From positions 29,822,001-29,886,000 of the forward strand of contig NC_092674.1 of NCBI RefSeq assembly GCF_964355755.1: 64,000 nucleotides of DNA, read 5' to 3'. The notes under the pieces were generated by a model, which was given only the letters and a program-made list of their open reading frames with translations, was not told where the DNA came from and did no database searches. Position numbers and translations under genes: made by a program. The stretch comes from Antedon mediterranea. Lineage: Eukaryota; Animalia; Echinodermata. This document shows positions 26,986-39,534 of this stretch, in pieces. Position 1 is the stretch's first letter, and the number at the start of each line of letters is the position of its first letter.

Positions 26986-29708
26986 ACTTTACCACACAAT
27001 GAATATATTTTTTATTCTTGTGTAAAAAAAAATTGAAAAAAGAAAAGTTTCATTTACCTTCATTGATCCTATAGGTTTTCAATAATATATTATTATTATA
27101 TTATTATTATTATATAATATATTACCGTAGTTGAGAGCATCATAGCAGACTAGTGTACTGATTAAAATAGAAGTACTCATTCATACTGTAGCATACATAA
27201 ACAAGAATATATTTCACAATATCTGACAGATGAAAGATGTAAATTCGAATAATTACTGCCTAATGATGTTCCTCTGTAGTGACTATATTATGATTCATTA
27301 CATATTACTCAGTAATTCCTTGTGTGTTAATTTATTCAGCGTACAAGGTACAATATGCATACATACTGCTCATAATTGTAACTCTCCGTCACTGTATAGA
27401 ATTGTTAATAATTTAAGTCTTCTCTCCAACCAGCAATTCTGTGATTATTTGAATTTTAAAAAAAGTACATACTGTATATCAATCGGAGATAAACAAAGTA
27501 TTTTACTGTTTAACTACTCAGTGCAAGCTAATGTTTGTATATATTCAACCAATTATTTAATAAGAATGTTATTATATTTTAGTTAATATTGTATCTGTTT
27601 TCATTTTCCATTTACTTGGTACTTGACACGGTGATTTATTTACTTCACTTTTTGGTTAAACTTTCTTTTCTTTTGTCTTAGTTCTGTTCTGACGAATTAA
27701 ATGAAATGAAAGATAAAACTATATAATGTCCTATCCACTATCATTTTTCATGTTTCTTATAAAAATCATATATTTTTTTTAAACATTTACATACGGTTAT
27801 AAAAACAAAATTTTTTTTAATATAGCATTTCAAAGTTTCTTGCGTTGTATGTGCTATGTTGAATTTTTAGGCTGGATAGAGAGCCTGAAAAAAATCTTTT
27901 TAGGCTGGTGTGAGAATTTGAAGACAGGATGTGTTTCTGCCCATGTACGCCCAGCACAATTATAACATCCATTATCCATGGTATATGTAGTTGATATGAA
28001 ATTGTTTCTATTCAAATTTATGATTTTTTAAATGAGATGAAATATTAGTCAGAAGATATTCACAGAAATGAAATATGTTCTCATGATCAGAGTTGATCCA
28101 CTCTACCGTAGGGTTTCTGTATTTGACCTTTGACCCTGACTGTTCGAATCCAATGTTCAATCTCTATAGCCAACACTAGTGTGGGGGTGACACTAAATTG
28201 GCTTGATTGGCCAAACATTGTTATGCCAATAAAATATTAGCTTTTTCACCAGCCAAAATAAGTAGGTATAATAGTCTGAAATCTTTTAACTGACTCACTT
28301 ATTAACCTCCAAATTAAGTAGTTTAATATCGCTGTCTCTTCTGAAGTATCCATTTAAAATACATAACATTATCGGAATATTTTCATGTCTGCCAATTAAG
28401 TACAAAATATACTTTATTAACATGACTCAGATATCTTAGAAGTGAGTCACCCAGATTACTAACTATAAATCATTATATTTAAATCAATAGTTATGAACTA
28501 CCATCAGATGTTGAGATGATTTAATGTATCCCTTATTGACATTGTTTTTATAATATCAAAAGCAAGGAAGGAAGGATTTCCTTTTCATTGTGTTTCTTGT
28601 TAATGTTTTATCCATGTCTAGGCTACTAGGGTGGATGTCTAGGCTACTAGGGTGCCCGGTGGATGGATGCCAAAAGGTTAAGTAAGAGTGGGTGGAAATA
28701 TGTTTACACTACCAGTTTAGGAGAGTATTATCATGGGGCTTTTGTAGTGATATCTTAATGGCCACCATTAAGCAAGTAGGGGAATAAGCCTGTAGCTAGG
28801 AGGGTTCATAGAGTTCGAAAGAACCCCCCTTTTTTCTGAAGTGCCCTTTTCAAACTAGAGACCAACACTACAGCATAGTAGTAGGCAAAATATTTTCATC
28901 TACTAGGTAGGCCTAAATCTATCATTTCTTGCTTTACTTGCCCGTTTTTGTGGAAAAAAGAACCTCTCTGCAAAAGGCTTGGGGAAAATAAAACAAATAC
29001 ATCCATCTAGACCTTGATCTATGTCTATAGCTTAAGTAGCGTTATCGCAACATTCTAAACTTTAATGGTCCTCGAAAATTATTTATTTAGCTGCTTCAAA
29101 ATGATAACCAATACATACAGGCATTTATTTTATCTTAACATTTTCAATCTTTATTAAAATCTTCCCTCATAAATATAACATTAAATTTATAGCAGTAATA
29201 TTTCTTTGTCTTTTAACTCCCAGTGGAAAAACATGAATCATGTCATTGCAGGCTTCTGATTGGCCAATGTTCTTATCAAATCGTTCATGTTCTTAATGGT
29301 TATTATCGCAGATGGTAATGTTAATAATGCATCATGATGTTTTTTAAGCCTTAAGCTAAGATAAATGGATAAGGCTAAGCATCGTAGCACATTACAATGA
29401 ATAATTCAATTTTAAAAGGTCACATGAAGTTTTTAAGATGTTTCAATACTGCTGTTGGTATATAAACCAATGCATCTTGGTATTCTAGTATAATATAATA
29501 AGTAGTCCACCCCAAACTTTGTGTTTAAAGGAGGGTGGTCAGTAGGATGGTCAAGGGAGAAAGAGACAATGGTCCAGGAAGATAAATACAAACAGTAATA
29601 CTGTATCACTATTCGTTGATTAATTCTTTTACTGTATTTCAGATTAATAGCCATAGAAAGAAAAATACATAATGTACAAGAAAAATGTATTATTACGAAT
29701 ACCTACAG

Positions 29709-29850
29709 TATATCCATAACATCATTGATAATGTCATGGATGGCGCCCCGTATATGGTATATCCATAACATCAGAATACAAATATAATTGTATGGGGCGC
29801 CAATCAGGAAATTGATAATGTCATGGATGGCGCCCCGTATATGGTATATA
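29709..29850. repeat. Short direct repeat (~39 bp x2) around an inverted GGGGCGCCA motif
   Basis: attgataatgtcatggatggcgccccgtatatggtatat at ~29724 and ~29811. Confidence 0.75.
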
Positions 29851-30117
29851 CTATTATTTTCTACACTGAAGTGAGCATGGTAAATGCATTAGTCTGTTCT
29901 CTTCCTCTATTTCATTTTTTCATAATTCTAGATCATCTCAAAGACTTAACATTAGAACATTCTAGACTCTCTGGTTGCAACCCTGTAAATGTATGAAAAA
30001 TGAGCACTGCCCTCTATAGTCTATGTGAACCATACACAATGTGACCTTGATTAAATGAATATGCAAGAAAAATTCTGTCTGCAACAAATTCCAGGCCAAC
30101 CAAACAGAATGACTTTA

Positions 30118-30312
30118 AAGCTCTGTCTACACTATCAAACTTTATATGACAAAAAAATGTGATGTGCCTATATGGACACGATGATGTCATATTATCACTA
30201 CCATATTTGGGCACACTTTTGTTGCCAAACTAGTTTGATCAGGGAGGTGAAAAATAATATTATAATAATAATATTTTTTCGCCTCCCTGGTTTGATAGTG
30301 TAGACAGAGCTT
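30118..30312. mobile_element. MITE family A copy carrying a 50-bp palindromic insertion (30240-30289)
   Basis: Both TIRs present; insert CAGGGAGG...CCTCCCTG flanked by duplicated GTTTGAT. Confidence 0.85.
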
Positions 30313-31231
30313 TAGAAAGTGCAGTAGTTAGATCTAGCCCCTCAGTATCACCTGATACAGCAATTAAGCAAGTACAATAGTGTTACTGTCAAGGTGCTCT
30401 CCCATGGGTCCGGCATGGTTGGTTTTTAAAATACATTTTAAATCTAGCTATTGACTGACTGTGACTTGATAAGTGTGTATGTCAGGCAGGTAAAAAGTTA
30501 ATCTTTGTTTGCAAATATGTTTCATTGGCTGACTATAAGCATAGACTAGAGATCACTATTCTGTAGTTAGTAAGACTAGAGTCTAATATGTCTGTATTGC
30601 ATAACAAATTTCCATTTTCATGAAATTCATTAATTCTTGTAAAAGTCACAACATGATAGAAGTGGGTTGGTCCTGCAAGTGTATTCAATATTGTAGAACA
30701 TTTGAATCTGCACAGTACAGGTTGTAATGTTCCACCGCACAATTTTCTATTCTCTCTTTGCACTACTCAGTGATTTTGCTGTTTTGTTATTATCTGTTTA
30801 GAGCTACTTAGGCTCCACAGCAAGGTTAGCAAAACAAAAACATTACAGCACTACAGGTAAGATAACAACACTGTGCAGTGTACAACAATATTACAAAAAC
30901 AACACTATATGAAGTGACCGTGTACGGCAGCATAGTAAATTAATTTCTATAGAACGCTTTCTTATTCAGCTACCCCGTAAATAGAAGTTTAACATACCTG
31001 AGGTGTAAGCCTGCTACTAATTTTAGAGAGATTCTCAAGTAAAGTGGTACACCATCCAGATAGGGTCAGTCTGGTCTTCATGTAATTAATTTTGTATTCA
31101 ACAAAAAGAGTTCCGCCATCATCAATTTTATATTAGAACAAATGTTTAGAACAATATTAAGAACAAGTACACTACATCATCCAAACCACAACAGATGTAA
31201 ACAATTAATTTGTGATCTTTATCTCTTGTTT

Positions 31232-31585
31232 AGCGAGTGAGTGGCCGAGCGGTTAAGACAGTGGAACCGTAATTACGTAGCCATAACATTGGCAAGGGTT
31301 CGAGGCTCACTCGCCCCATGGTTCTGGTGGTAGAACGAGTCTTCTCGGATAAGGACTATAAACCGTAGGTCCAGTGTACACATAGCTCATGCGCACTTTA
31401 AAGAACCTAGTACATCTTTCGAGACGAGTAGGGGGTTACCCCGGTGTACTAGTCCACACAAACACAGCCACTGTCACACACAGCCACTGTGCAAATTGGG
31501 ACTGGACCGTTTTAGAGGTTTTTACCACCTGTTGGTCCAGATCGTTCACTAACTGAGTTAGTGAGAAGTCGAATAAATAAAAAAG
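31232..31585 (+). mobile_element. tRNA-derived SINE with Deu/Nin-like central domain
   Basis: A box TGGCCGAGCGG, B box GGTTCGAGGCT, core GGATAAGGACTATAAACCGTAGGTCC...TTAAAGAACC...GAGTAGGGG..CCCCGGTGT resembling the DeuSINE domain, A-rich tail. Confidence 0.78.
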
Positions 31586-33492
31586 TTTAACTATTTTGTC
31601 TTTTCTTTACTTTCTATTACGTCTATTCGAAGAATTCCAGATATGGTTTCATATATTGTTGTTGTAAAATGTACAGATACTATATGCATTCTTTTTCATA
31701 ACATAAATCCATCTCCAAAGATTCAATGTAGGGATTAAATTAAATAGTAAACATGTTTGACCATGATAGATAATAATGATGTGATTTAATTTGATGAAAA
31801 TAATAAAATGTTACCATGTAGTTTACTATACAGAAAGACAGTCTAAAGTTAGCCATGATTTAAAACTTGAGCAATGTTAATTTTGAATAGATGTTTACGA
31901 TTAATTTAGAGGAGGACAATGCACCTTTTGATGTGGTTTTAATTCATCCAGCTGAATAGCATTGATGTCAAACCCCAAACCATCTTGCTCCAATCAGTGT
32001 TGACCTTGACTAAAACCATACTACAAACAACTTATGTGTCTGGCTGAAGGGAGTTGGCTAAATAGGTATTTTTTTAAATTTAATTTATTGTAGGAAAAGC
32101 CTTTAATAGTATTTTTGCTGATATCATTTTTTTAAAATTTATATATTATATTGCCATCTTCCATTACATTCTGTTTCCTTGGATTTTCTTTATATAGAAA
32201 CTATCTACAATGCCTTTAGTATCCCTCCAGTACACCCCCTGTAAGACTATATATTGTGGAAGTTATTTACTTATACCCATTTAGATGTTTTTCTTATAAA
32301 CAGTGCTGCTATTCTAATCTAACATGCCCTGTAAGTTACTGTACAAGTGTTGTTGGTATGCACTGAAGCAGGAAACAGGGTTCCATGGGTTAAGCCACGC
32401 TCAAGCAATAATATTAATATCCCAGTATATTGCATTAAATCGAATAGCAGTGTGTTAAAATGTATGCAGTTAGGTAGGTCTCAAGGCTCACAAAGAGGTA
32501 CAGTATAATAACGTACTGTAGGGGACAAAGTCCTATGGTTTAGCACTAAGGGGCCCTTCAATGCTAAACAATTGCATTGACCAGTGGCGATCCACGATCT
32601 GAAAAGTAGTGAAATGAAGTGTTCAATATAATTTCTATCTTTTGCATTAGAATTTGTGAAATTTAGAAGAGGGCTTGGGCAGACTGCCCCCCCCCCCCCT
32701 TGAATCCGTCCCTGCTGAGATTGCTCATGATAATACTGTAGCAGTTTATGCAACTGGCAACACAAACGCAAACAATCACACATCCTTGCTTTCAAAAGTG
32801 AATGTGTGTTTTAAATTGTTACAAAATCTTGTAAGTCAACCAGGGATCTCTCTAAGTCAACCAATTGTATCTATTTGTTTTTCTTTGTACGCGTTCTAAT
32901 CCATTTATCCATAGAGTAAAGTCGCTCTATATTTGTCAAACTCAACAAATTTGTTTGATTTGAAACTCAGTTTCAAAGACTCAAAGCGTTATCGGTCAGT
33001 TTACACGATTAAGACCTGCATTAATTAATATGACCTACCCGTAATCTTATCATAAATATTTAGCATCACTTGTAGTTATTGTAAACACTTTATCCTGGTA
33101 TTCTGTTTACAATCAAATATTTGATGAAGTTTTTAGTCTCAGTTTTTATGATAATCTTAAAATGGCATGATTTATTGTGGCATAGTAAGACGTTAAGTCC
33201 CCTTTTATTTGCTAAGTCTTGTTTCTGTGCCAATGAACAATCGCTTATTATTTGACAATAAAAACAGGAACTAGTGAAATCATTTGTTTTCAGCAGAAAA
33301 CTGATTATGGCTTTACAAACTAGACTGGTGTAGAATGTGTTCCTATCCCCATGAAATGATTTCACAGTTTTTAAATTTTATAATTCTCATTTTCACCTCG
33401 GAAGAATTCCTTTGAACAACAGAGGCAGGGCAGAATTGGCACACCCAATGCCTGCTTTTTTTAAATAGGGTAGATGGCACCACTCTCTGCCA

Positions 33493-33640
33493 ATACCCAC
33501 AGGTACCAATACCCAAGTACAGGTACCATCAATAAACACAGGTACCCATACCTACAGGTACCGATCAAGTACAGGTACCGATACCCAAGTACAGGTACCA
33601 TCAATAACCACAGGTACCGATACCCACAGGTACCGACACC
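33493..33640. repeat. Degenerate tandem repeat ACAGGTACCGATACCC
   Basis: About 8 GGTACC-containing units. Confidence 0.85.
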
Positions 33641-35795
33641 CACTAGTAGTAGTACTCTATCTCTCCTCAAAGAAGGAAATAAATATAATATATTTATCAG
33701 TTTAAATCTTGTGGTTACTTTCATTCATACAATTTTAATTTCCTTCTTCCTGGTTGCCTTGTGATTTGTGTTCCTCAATTGGAATCAAAACACAAATCCT
33801 AAATCAATGATCAAAAGGATTAAAGCTATGCTTTTAAAGTTGTTGAATACTGTATACAGCAACTAACTAAACACAATTTACAATACCCTTTCTATGATGC
33901 TTGTGCAAGTGGAATGTTTTGAATACTCTTTACAATATCAATTTCTCTACCGGTACCTGCAATCTGTATAATAAATGCCAAGTATGTATTGAACGCAGAA
34001 AGTGGATGATAAACTCTTACACAGAGAGAAACTATTATGTAAAAAAATTTAGATTGAGCTCAAAATTGTAGGACCATATGGAGTAATTATTACTCCATAG
34101 TGGTAGTACGAACAAAGGTCTGTCGTGTAAAAAACATGTTGTACAGAACAGGTAATGTTTATAATGTTTATAAAGGCCTTTAATCATGATACAAATGTGG
34201 AAGAAGACCTAAAATGTCATCATTTTGGCTAAAAACCAGCAAAATAGAAATCTTGACCACTCTTGTAATTCCCAAACTGGTATGTGATCTAGATCATGCC
34301 AACCATACAGAGTTGACCAATGGAAGGTTCTCACCCATCTAAAAACTGTTTGGTAACAAGCCTACACCAGGATCACACCATATCCTATACCCAGTTGAGC
34401 ACACAGAGTTCATATAGACTGAATTAACTCACGAAATTCTCAGCATACTGAAAAATTTTTTGTTGAACACTAGAGTACAAAGAAACTTGTGAACGACTGT
34501 GATCAGGGAATTGCTAGCATAAACATAAAACTGCGGTTTCCTTGTAATAATAACACTAATAGCCTATTAGATTATACATTATATAATCAGTATTTCATCA
34601 CAGTAAAAAAAATTATCAGTAATTAAAATATCGTATTAATGTTTATATTTATGTAATTTATGTGGAAAACAAATGTTTTACATTTTAAATTATCTCTGTT
34701 TCCCTGTTGTTTTGGTTATTCTCTCTGTCTGATTCTTTATCTACTGTACGCTTTCTTGATGAACAAAACAAAATCTAAACTTTTTTCTGAGGTTAAAATA
34801 GTATGTAAAATTTGCATGGTTCTGTAATTTACACATGCAGTACAGAGCTTTTTATGTAACCTTTGACTTTTAGATTTATTTCTGACTTCCTGGTTTCTGG
34901 ATTAATATTAAGCCTCATCTACAGTATCTGCAGTATATTATAATGATAGGCCTAAAACAATTGGCATTTGATATCGGAGTCAGTTAGGCACACCTTCTTT
35001 CCTTCCACTGATTCTTCTCTTTAATTTTCTGATTCCTAAAAATAAATACTCATGTCACCAACAAACTTATGCTGATATTTTTTAAAGCAATTGCCACGAT
35101 TTATTTTCAACTTCTTTAGTAACCAGACACTTGTCCATATTAGACTATTAACTGTGAAATTGTTACCATGCCAACATCAGTTTCTTGGAACTGCCTCATA
35201 AGTGTTAAGTATCATTATTTTCAGTAGTGGTTTCTAGTTTTATATCCTACCATAAAAATCAAAGCGAAAATGTTTGAATGAATTATATGATTTACTCATA
35301 TTTATAAAACTACAGGATTAAATGTAGGTAGAAGGGTAGAGAGATATAATAATGTATAAAACATTCCTGTCTCTGCAGCTTTTCCCTATAGAAATATACT
35401 GTAATATTTTATTTTCAGATTTTTTAAGATTATCCCTGAAAATTTTTTTTTCAGCACAAAATTTTGATGTGTTACATTCTTTGATGAAAAATAATTTGTG
35501 GACGAACACTACAGGGTCAATGAATGAAGGATGAAGATTTAGCAATAATGTTGAATTTTGATTTACCTTTTCTTCCGTCTGACAAAGTATATCTATTAAG
35601 GAAGTATTACCTAATTAATAACCTTACTATAATCATGAATACAACAAGTACTGTATTACAATAAGTTACTGTAAAAGGCAACATTCCTATCAAAAATTAT
35701 TTTATTTCCTTCTAACACAGCAGCTCACCTACTCATATCCAACAAAGTGTCACTCATATGATATTAATAAATACATATTTAGAATCCTCCTTTGG

Positions 35796-36171
35796 GACAC
35801 ACCTTTTCAGTGGACACACCTTTTAAGTTGACACCCTATTTATAAGTTGACACCCTTTTCAGTGGACACACCTATTAAGTTGACACCCCTATTAAGTTCA
35901 CGCCCTATTAAGTTGACACCCCTATTAAGTTGATGCCCCTATTGAGTTGACGCCCTATTAAGTTGACACCCTATTAAGTTGACACCCCTATTAAGTTGAC
36001 ACCCCTATTAAGTTGACACCCCTATTAAGTTGACACCCTATTAAGTTGACACCCCTATTAAGTTGACACCCCTATTAAGTTGACACCCCTATTAAGTTGA
36101 CACCCCTATTAAGTTGACACCCCTATTAAGTTGACACCCCTATTAAGTTGATACCCCTATTAAGTTGACAC
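35796..36171. repeat. 18-bp minisatellite CCCCTATTAAGTTGACAC
   Basis: About 20 units, 17-18-bp variants. Confidence 0.93.
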
Positions 36172-36624
36172 TTTCATATGAAACGAACAGGTGAATATGT
36201 GTTTAAGACGACAGCTATGATGAAGCTATTTGATGTCTTCATGCTATATCTAACCCCCTATTATAGGGACACTTTATTGGGCCATGATAGTGTCCTATTA
36301 TTATGGTATAGTATAGCATTGAGGATCACCTCACTGATCCTTGCAATAGCCCTTCTGTTTGTCGTAAGATATTAAGATTGTTACCCTACCAATCATATGA
36401 CCCATTGTAGTAATAAGTGAATACATTTCATTGTATCAATGATATACCCATTGCAACATGTTGTAATCAATTGTCAGTCTATTTATAGGCTAAATAGTGA
36501 CAATGATGATAGATCAGCAAATGACAGTACACTAATGCAAGGCCTACCATGGGTATTATCATCCAGTGTTTGTAGCAGGAAGTAAGAGTGTAGTGTAATT
36601 CATTCCATTGTCTATTTTGGAATG

Positions 36625-36975
36625 ACTGAATGATTTGTTGGTTTATTGATCGATTGATTAGTTTATGTATTGATTGGTTGGTTTATTGATTGATTGGTTT
36701 ATAAAGTGATTAATTTATTGATTGATGGCAGATTAGATTAAATCAATAAATTTTTTAATATTGACTGAATAATTACATCGATTAGTTTACTCAATTGTTG
36801 ATTTTGATTGGTTGATTATACATACTGTAATTTGATTTGATTGATTAACTTTGATTGGTTAATTTTGTTAACTTAATTGATTAGTTAACTTTAATTGATT
36901 AACTTTGATGGTTAACTTTGATTGGTTGATTGTTTAACTTTGATTAACTAATTGATTAGCTCTGATTGATTAGTA
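36625..36975. repeat. Degenerate (GATT)n microsatellite
   Basis: Visible ttga/gatt periodicity. Confidence 0.75.
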
Positions 36976-37364
36976 TTTGAAAAACTGCGTAGCTTAATTT
37001 TGTCCCACATAAATTCTGTATCTATCTGTATTACGTTGTGTGTAGATGATCATAGGAATAACATAGATTCTATATTTTTATTACCATTACCACTCATCTG
37101 TGTAAATTGGCCTTAAGTAGTATTAGTTTCAGTTGTGTACCATCACAATTGCATCAATAATTAATGTTGTCTAAATGGAAGTTCTACTGCTATAATATAA
37201 TCTATTTTTATTTTCATTTGTTAAACTAGAATAGTAACTACTTGTCAGTTGTTTCAGTTTAATTGTTGCTGTATCTTAATATTGTTAGCTTTTCATAAAG
37301 TATGTGAGTAACTAAAACCTTATGTTAACATTCCCAGCCAGGCTTGTGCCCAACACATTATGTT

Positions 37365-37521
37365 CAGAGGTGGATTCAAGGTGGGGCCCAGCCAGCCCGG
37401 GCCCCCCTCTATATTTCACAAATTGTAATGCAAAAGATAGGACATCAAGGTCAGCACTTCATTTCACTAATTTTCGACCCTCCCTCCACCCCCCTATTTC
37501 AAAATCCAGAATCCGCCACTG
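37365..37521. mobile_element. Short hAT-like MITE family B (CAGNGGCGGATYC termini); relatives at ~32581-32714, ~41158-41265 and ~59310-59375
   Basis: cagaggtggattc...gaatccgccactg; shared internal motif aatgcaaaagatagga. Confidence 0.6.
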
Positions 37522-39534
37522 ATGTTCTAAATCATCATTTTGCCTGCAATCCCCCTGATCTTGATTTCAGACCATCAATATCAATATTAATTTTGTACTT
37601 GATTGGAGACTGTTAATAAAATATTATTACTGTACACTATCAATTATTATGGTCCATTTTTAGCAACTTTTGCCCTTATAAATTAAAACTTTTGAGGTGA
37701 GTCTGTGGGTATTCAATTTTATTAATCAATTTTATTTTTTGGGTGTTGTTGATTAAATTGGATAGAGACAAACTGGTTATAAATAATGTGGTAAGTGTAT
37801 TATTTTGGCTTACCGGTACAACATCTATCTAGGTAGCAAATATGGGCATGGGATTATATAGTGGCCTTAATATTAATAATGGTATACAATTATTGATGAA
37901 ATTGCTCGTGTTCTATAAGGCCTAGGATTATTTGGCTTACCACCAGTGTAAAAAAGGTGTGTGTTACTACTCCTCTACTTCCTGCTAAGTGGAACGTTGT
38001 GATTGGACGGATGGAAGGTGTAGTTTGATCGCAAGGTAGATTCAGGAAGAGGAAGATATAATATTGCAGGAATAAAAGGAAGCTATGCATGGATTCACAA
38101 TGAAAAAAGTCAATTGTGGTATTGAATAAAATGTACATAAACTTTACAGGGTTCAATTTATGAGCCTATGGCCAATGAGCAATATGATGTCACTCTGAAA
38201 GTGGAGTGACAATTATACCAGAAAATTGAAGTCATAAGAATATAGATGTAAAATGACATAAAGTAGTATTTTATTTGTAAATGCAGTACATTCTAATAAT
38301 GCGATTACACCTTTGGGACCCCACACAGTGTCCGCTTAAAAGGGGTGTGTACCTGAATAGGGTTTGACTAAATTGTATATATTACCCCTTGTTCTTTTTA
38401 CAGTATATTGTTCCATTTAATAGAAGTTACCCCTGAATAAGGATTTGTATATTGCCCCTCATTCGTTCCACAGGATGCTGTCCATTCTAGAAGTGTCCCC
38501 TGAATGGAGGTGTCCCAAAGGAGGGGTTATTATTAAAGATCTTCAATTTTCACATAAAAAAATCATAAAAAATAAAAGCTTTGTTTTCTTAAGAATACAT
38601 AGTATAACTGCTATTATATTATACCGATACCACCACCCTACACAGCTGTCTATGTAATGCAAAGAAGACAATGAGATATGGACAAGACAAAAATTATTGT
38701 TAATTTTTTTTTTTGAATAAATTATGCCAACAAAAGACACTATAAGAATAATATTTTTATTATACTAGCATCACATATCTACGACTGGAAAGAAATTTTT
38801 TTTATTTATATTCATCTTTTTTAAAATTTATTTGGAGACTCAACAAAATATAATACAATTTATTTTACCCAAAAAAAAATAAAAATCATATGGAAGGAAT
38901 TGTATATTATTTATAAGGAAATGGTACATCATAGTACAGTAAATCAATATTTATAGTGTACACTGTAGAGAACAGAATATCATTGTTGTCGTCATTGATT
39001 ATTTAAACAAAGTTACTTAAATACAGTACACTGGTAATTCTTTAAAAGGATAGTATGAATTTTTTAAGATTCTTTGATCTTTAAATATTAACAAAGTTAC
39101 TTAAAAACCTGGAAATTCAGTAAATCCTTTGGCTTACTTTAGATATTGTGGTTATAATAACTTTTTTATTCTAAAAAGTATGTATGCTACTAATACTATA
39201 TGAATATTCTGTTTTTACTTTTTGCTACATACATACAGTATTTATAAATATACAGTATTCTGTACAAAATCTAATTTTGATTTTCTTTCTCTTTTTGTAT
39301 GTTTGTTGAAATGGATGACATTTTTAAAAAATAAAAGAAATTGAATTGAATACATATGAATAATATACATATATCATTATGTATGTGGCTTATCTTTACT
39401 CAATATTTAATTATATTTGTGTAAAGTAAACAAATATTAAAGGTTAAACCATGGTTAAACTCACTGCCTCATCTGTACTCATGACTACACTCACTTTATT
39501 ATTTTCATTTTCTAAATTAGATGATATTTGCTTC

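Noticed and set aside
27230-27710. 118-aa ORF or possible decayed LINE 3' end (similar tails at ~4165-4400, ~7700-7830, ~62650-62735)
   Set aside because: No recognisable RT or endonuclease motif by eye; too degenerate to call without a search.
31232-31315. tRNA gene
   Set aside because: The anticodon and variable region are non-canonical, there is no oligo-T terminator, and the sequence continues into a SINE body. Other tRNA-like heads (~22120, ~40670-40745, ~58735) are more degenerate still.
33461-33764. Repetitive ORFs (33461..33724, 33474..33764, 18367..18651, 13644..13910, 9709..9924)
   Set aside because: These are translations of tandem repeats with no splice or domain support.
35796-36171. 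Regular short repeats suggestive of a CRISPR array (also 26765-26985, 18370-18548, 59823-59994)
   Set aside because: Units are head-to-tail with no unique spacers, there are no cas genes, and the context is eukaryotic. These are minisatellites.
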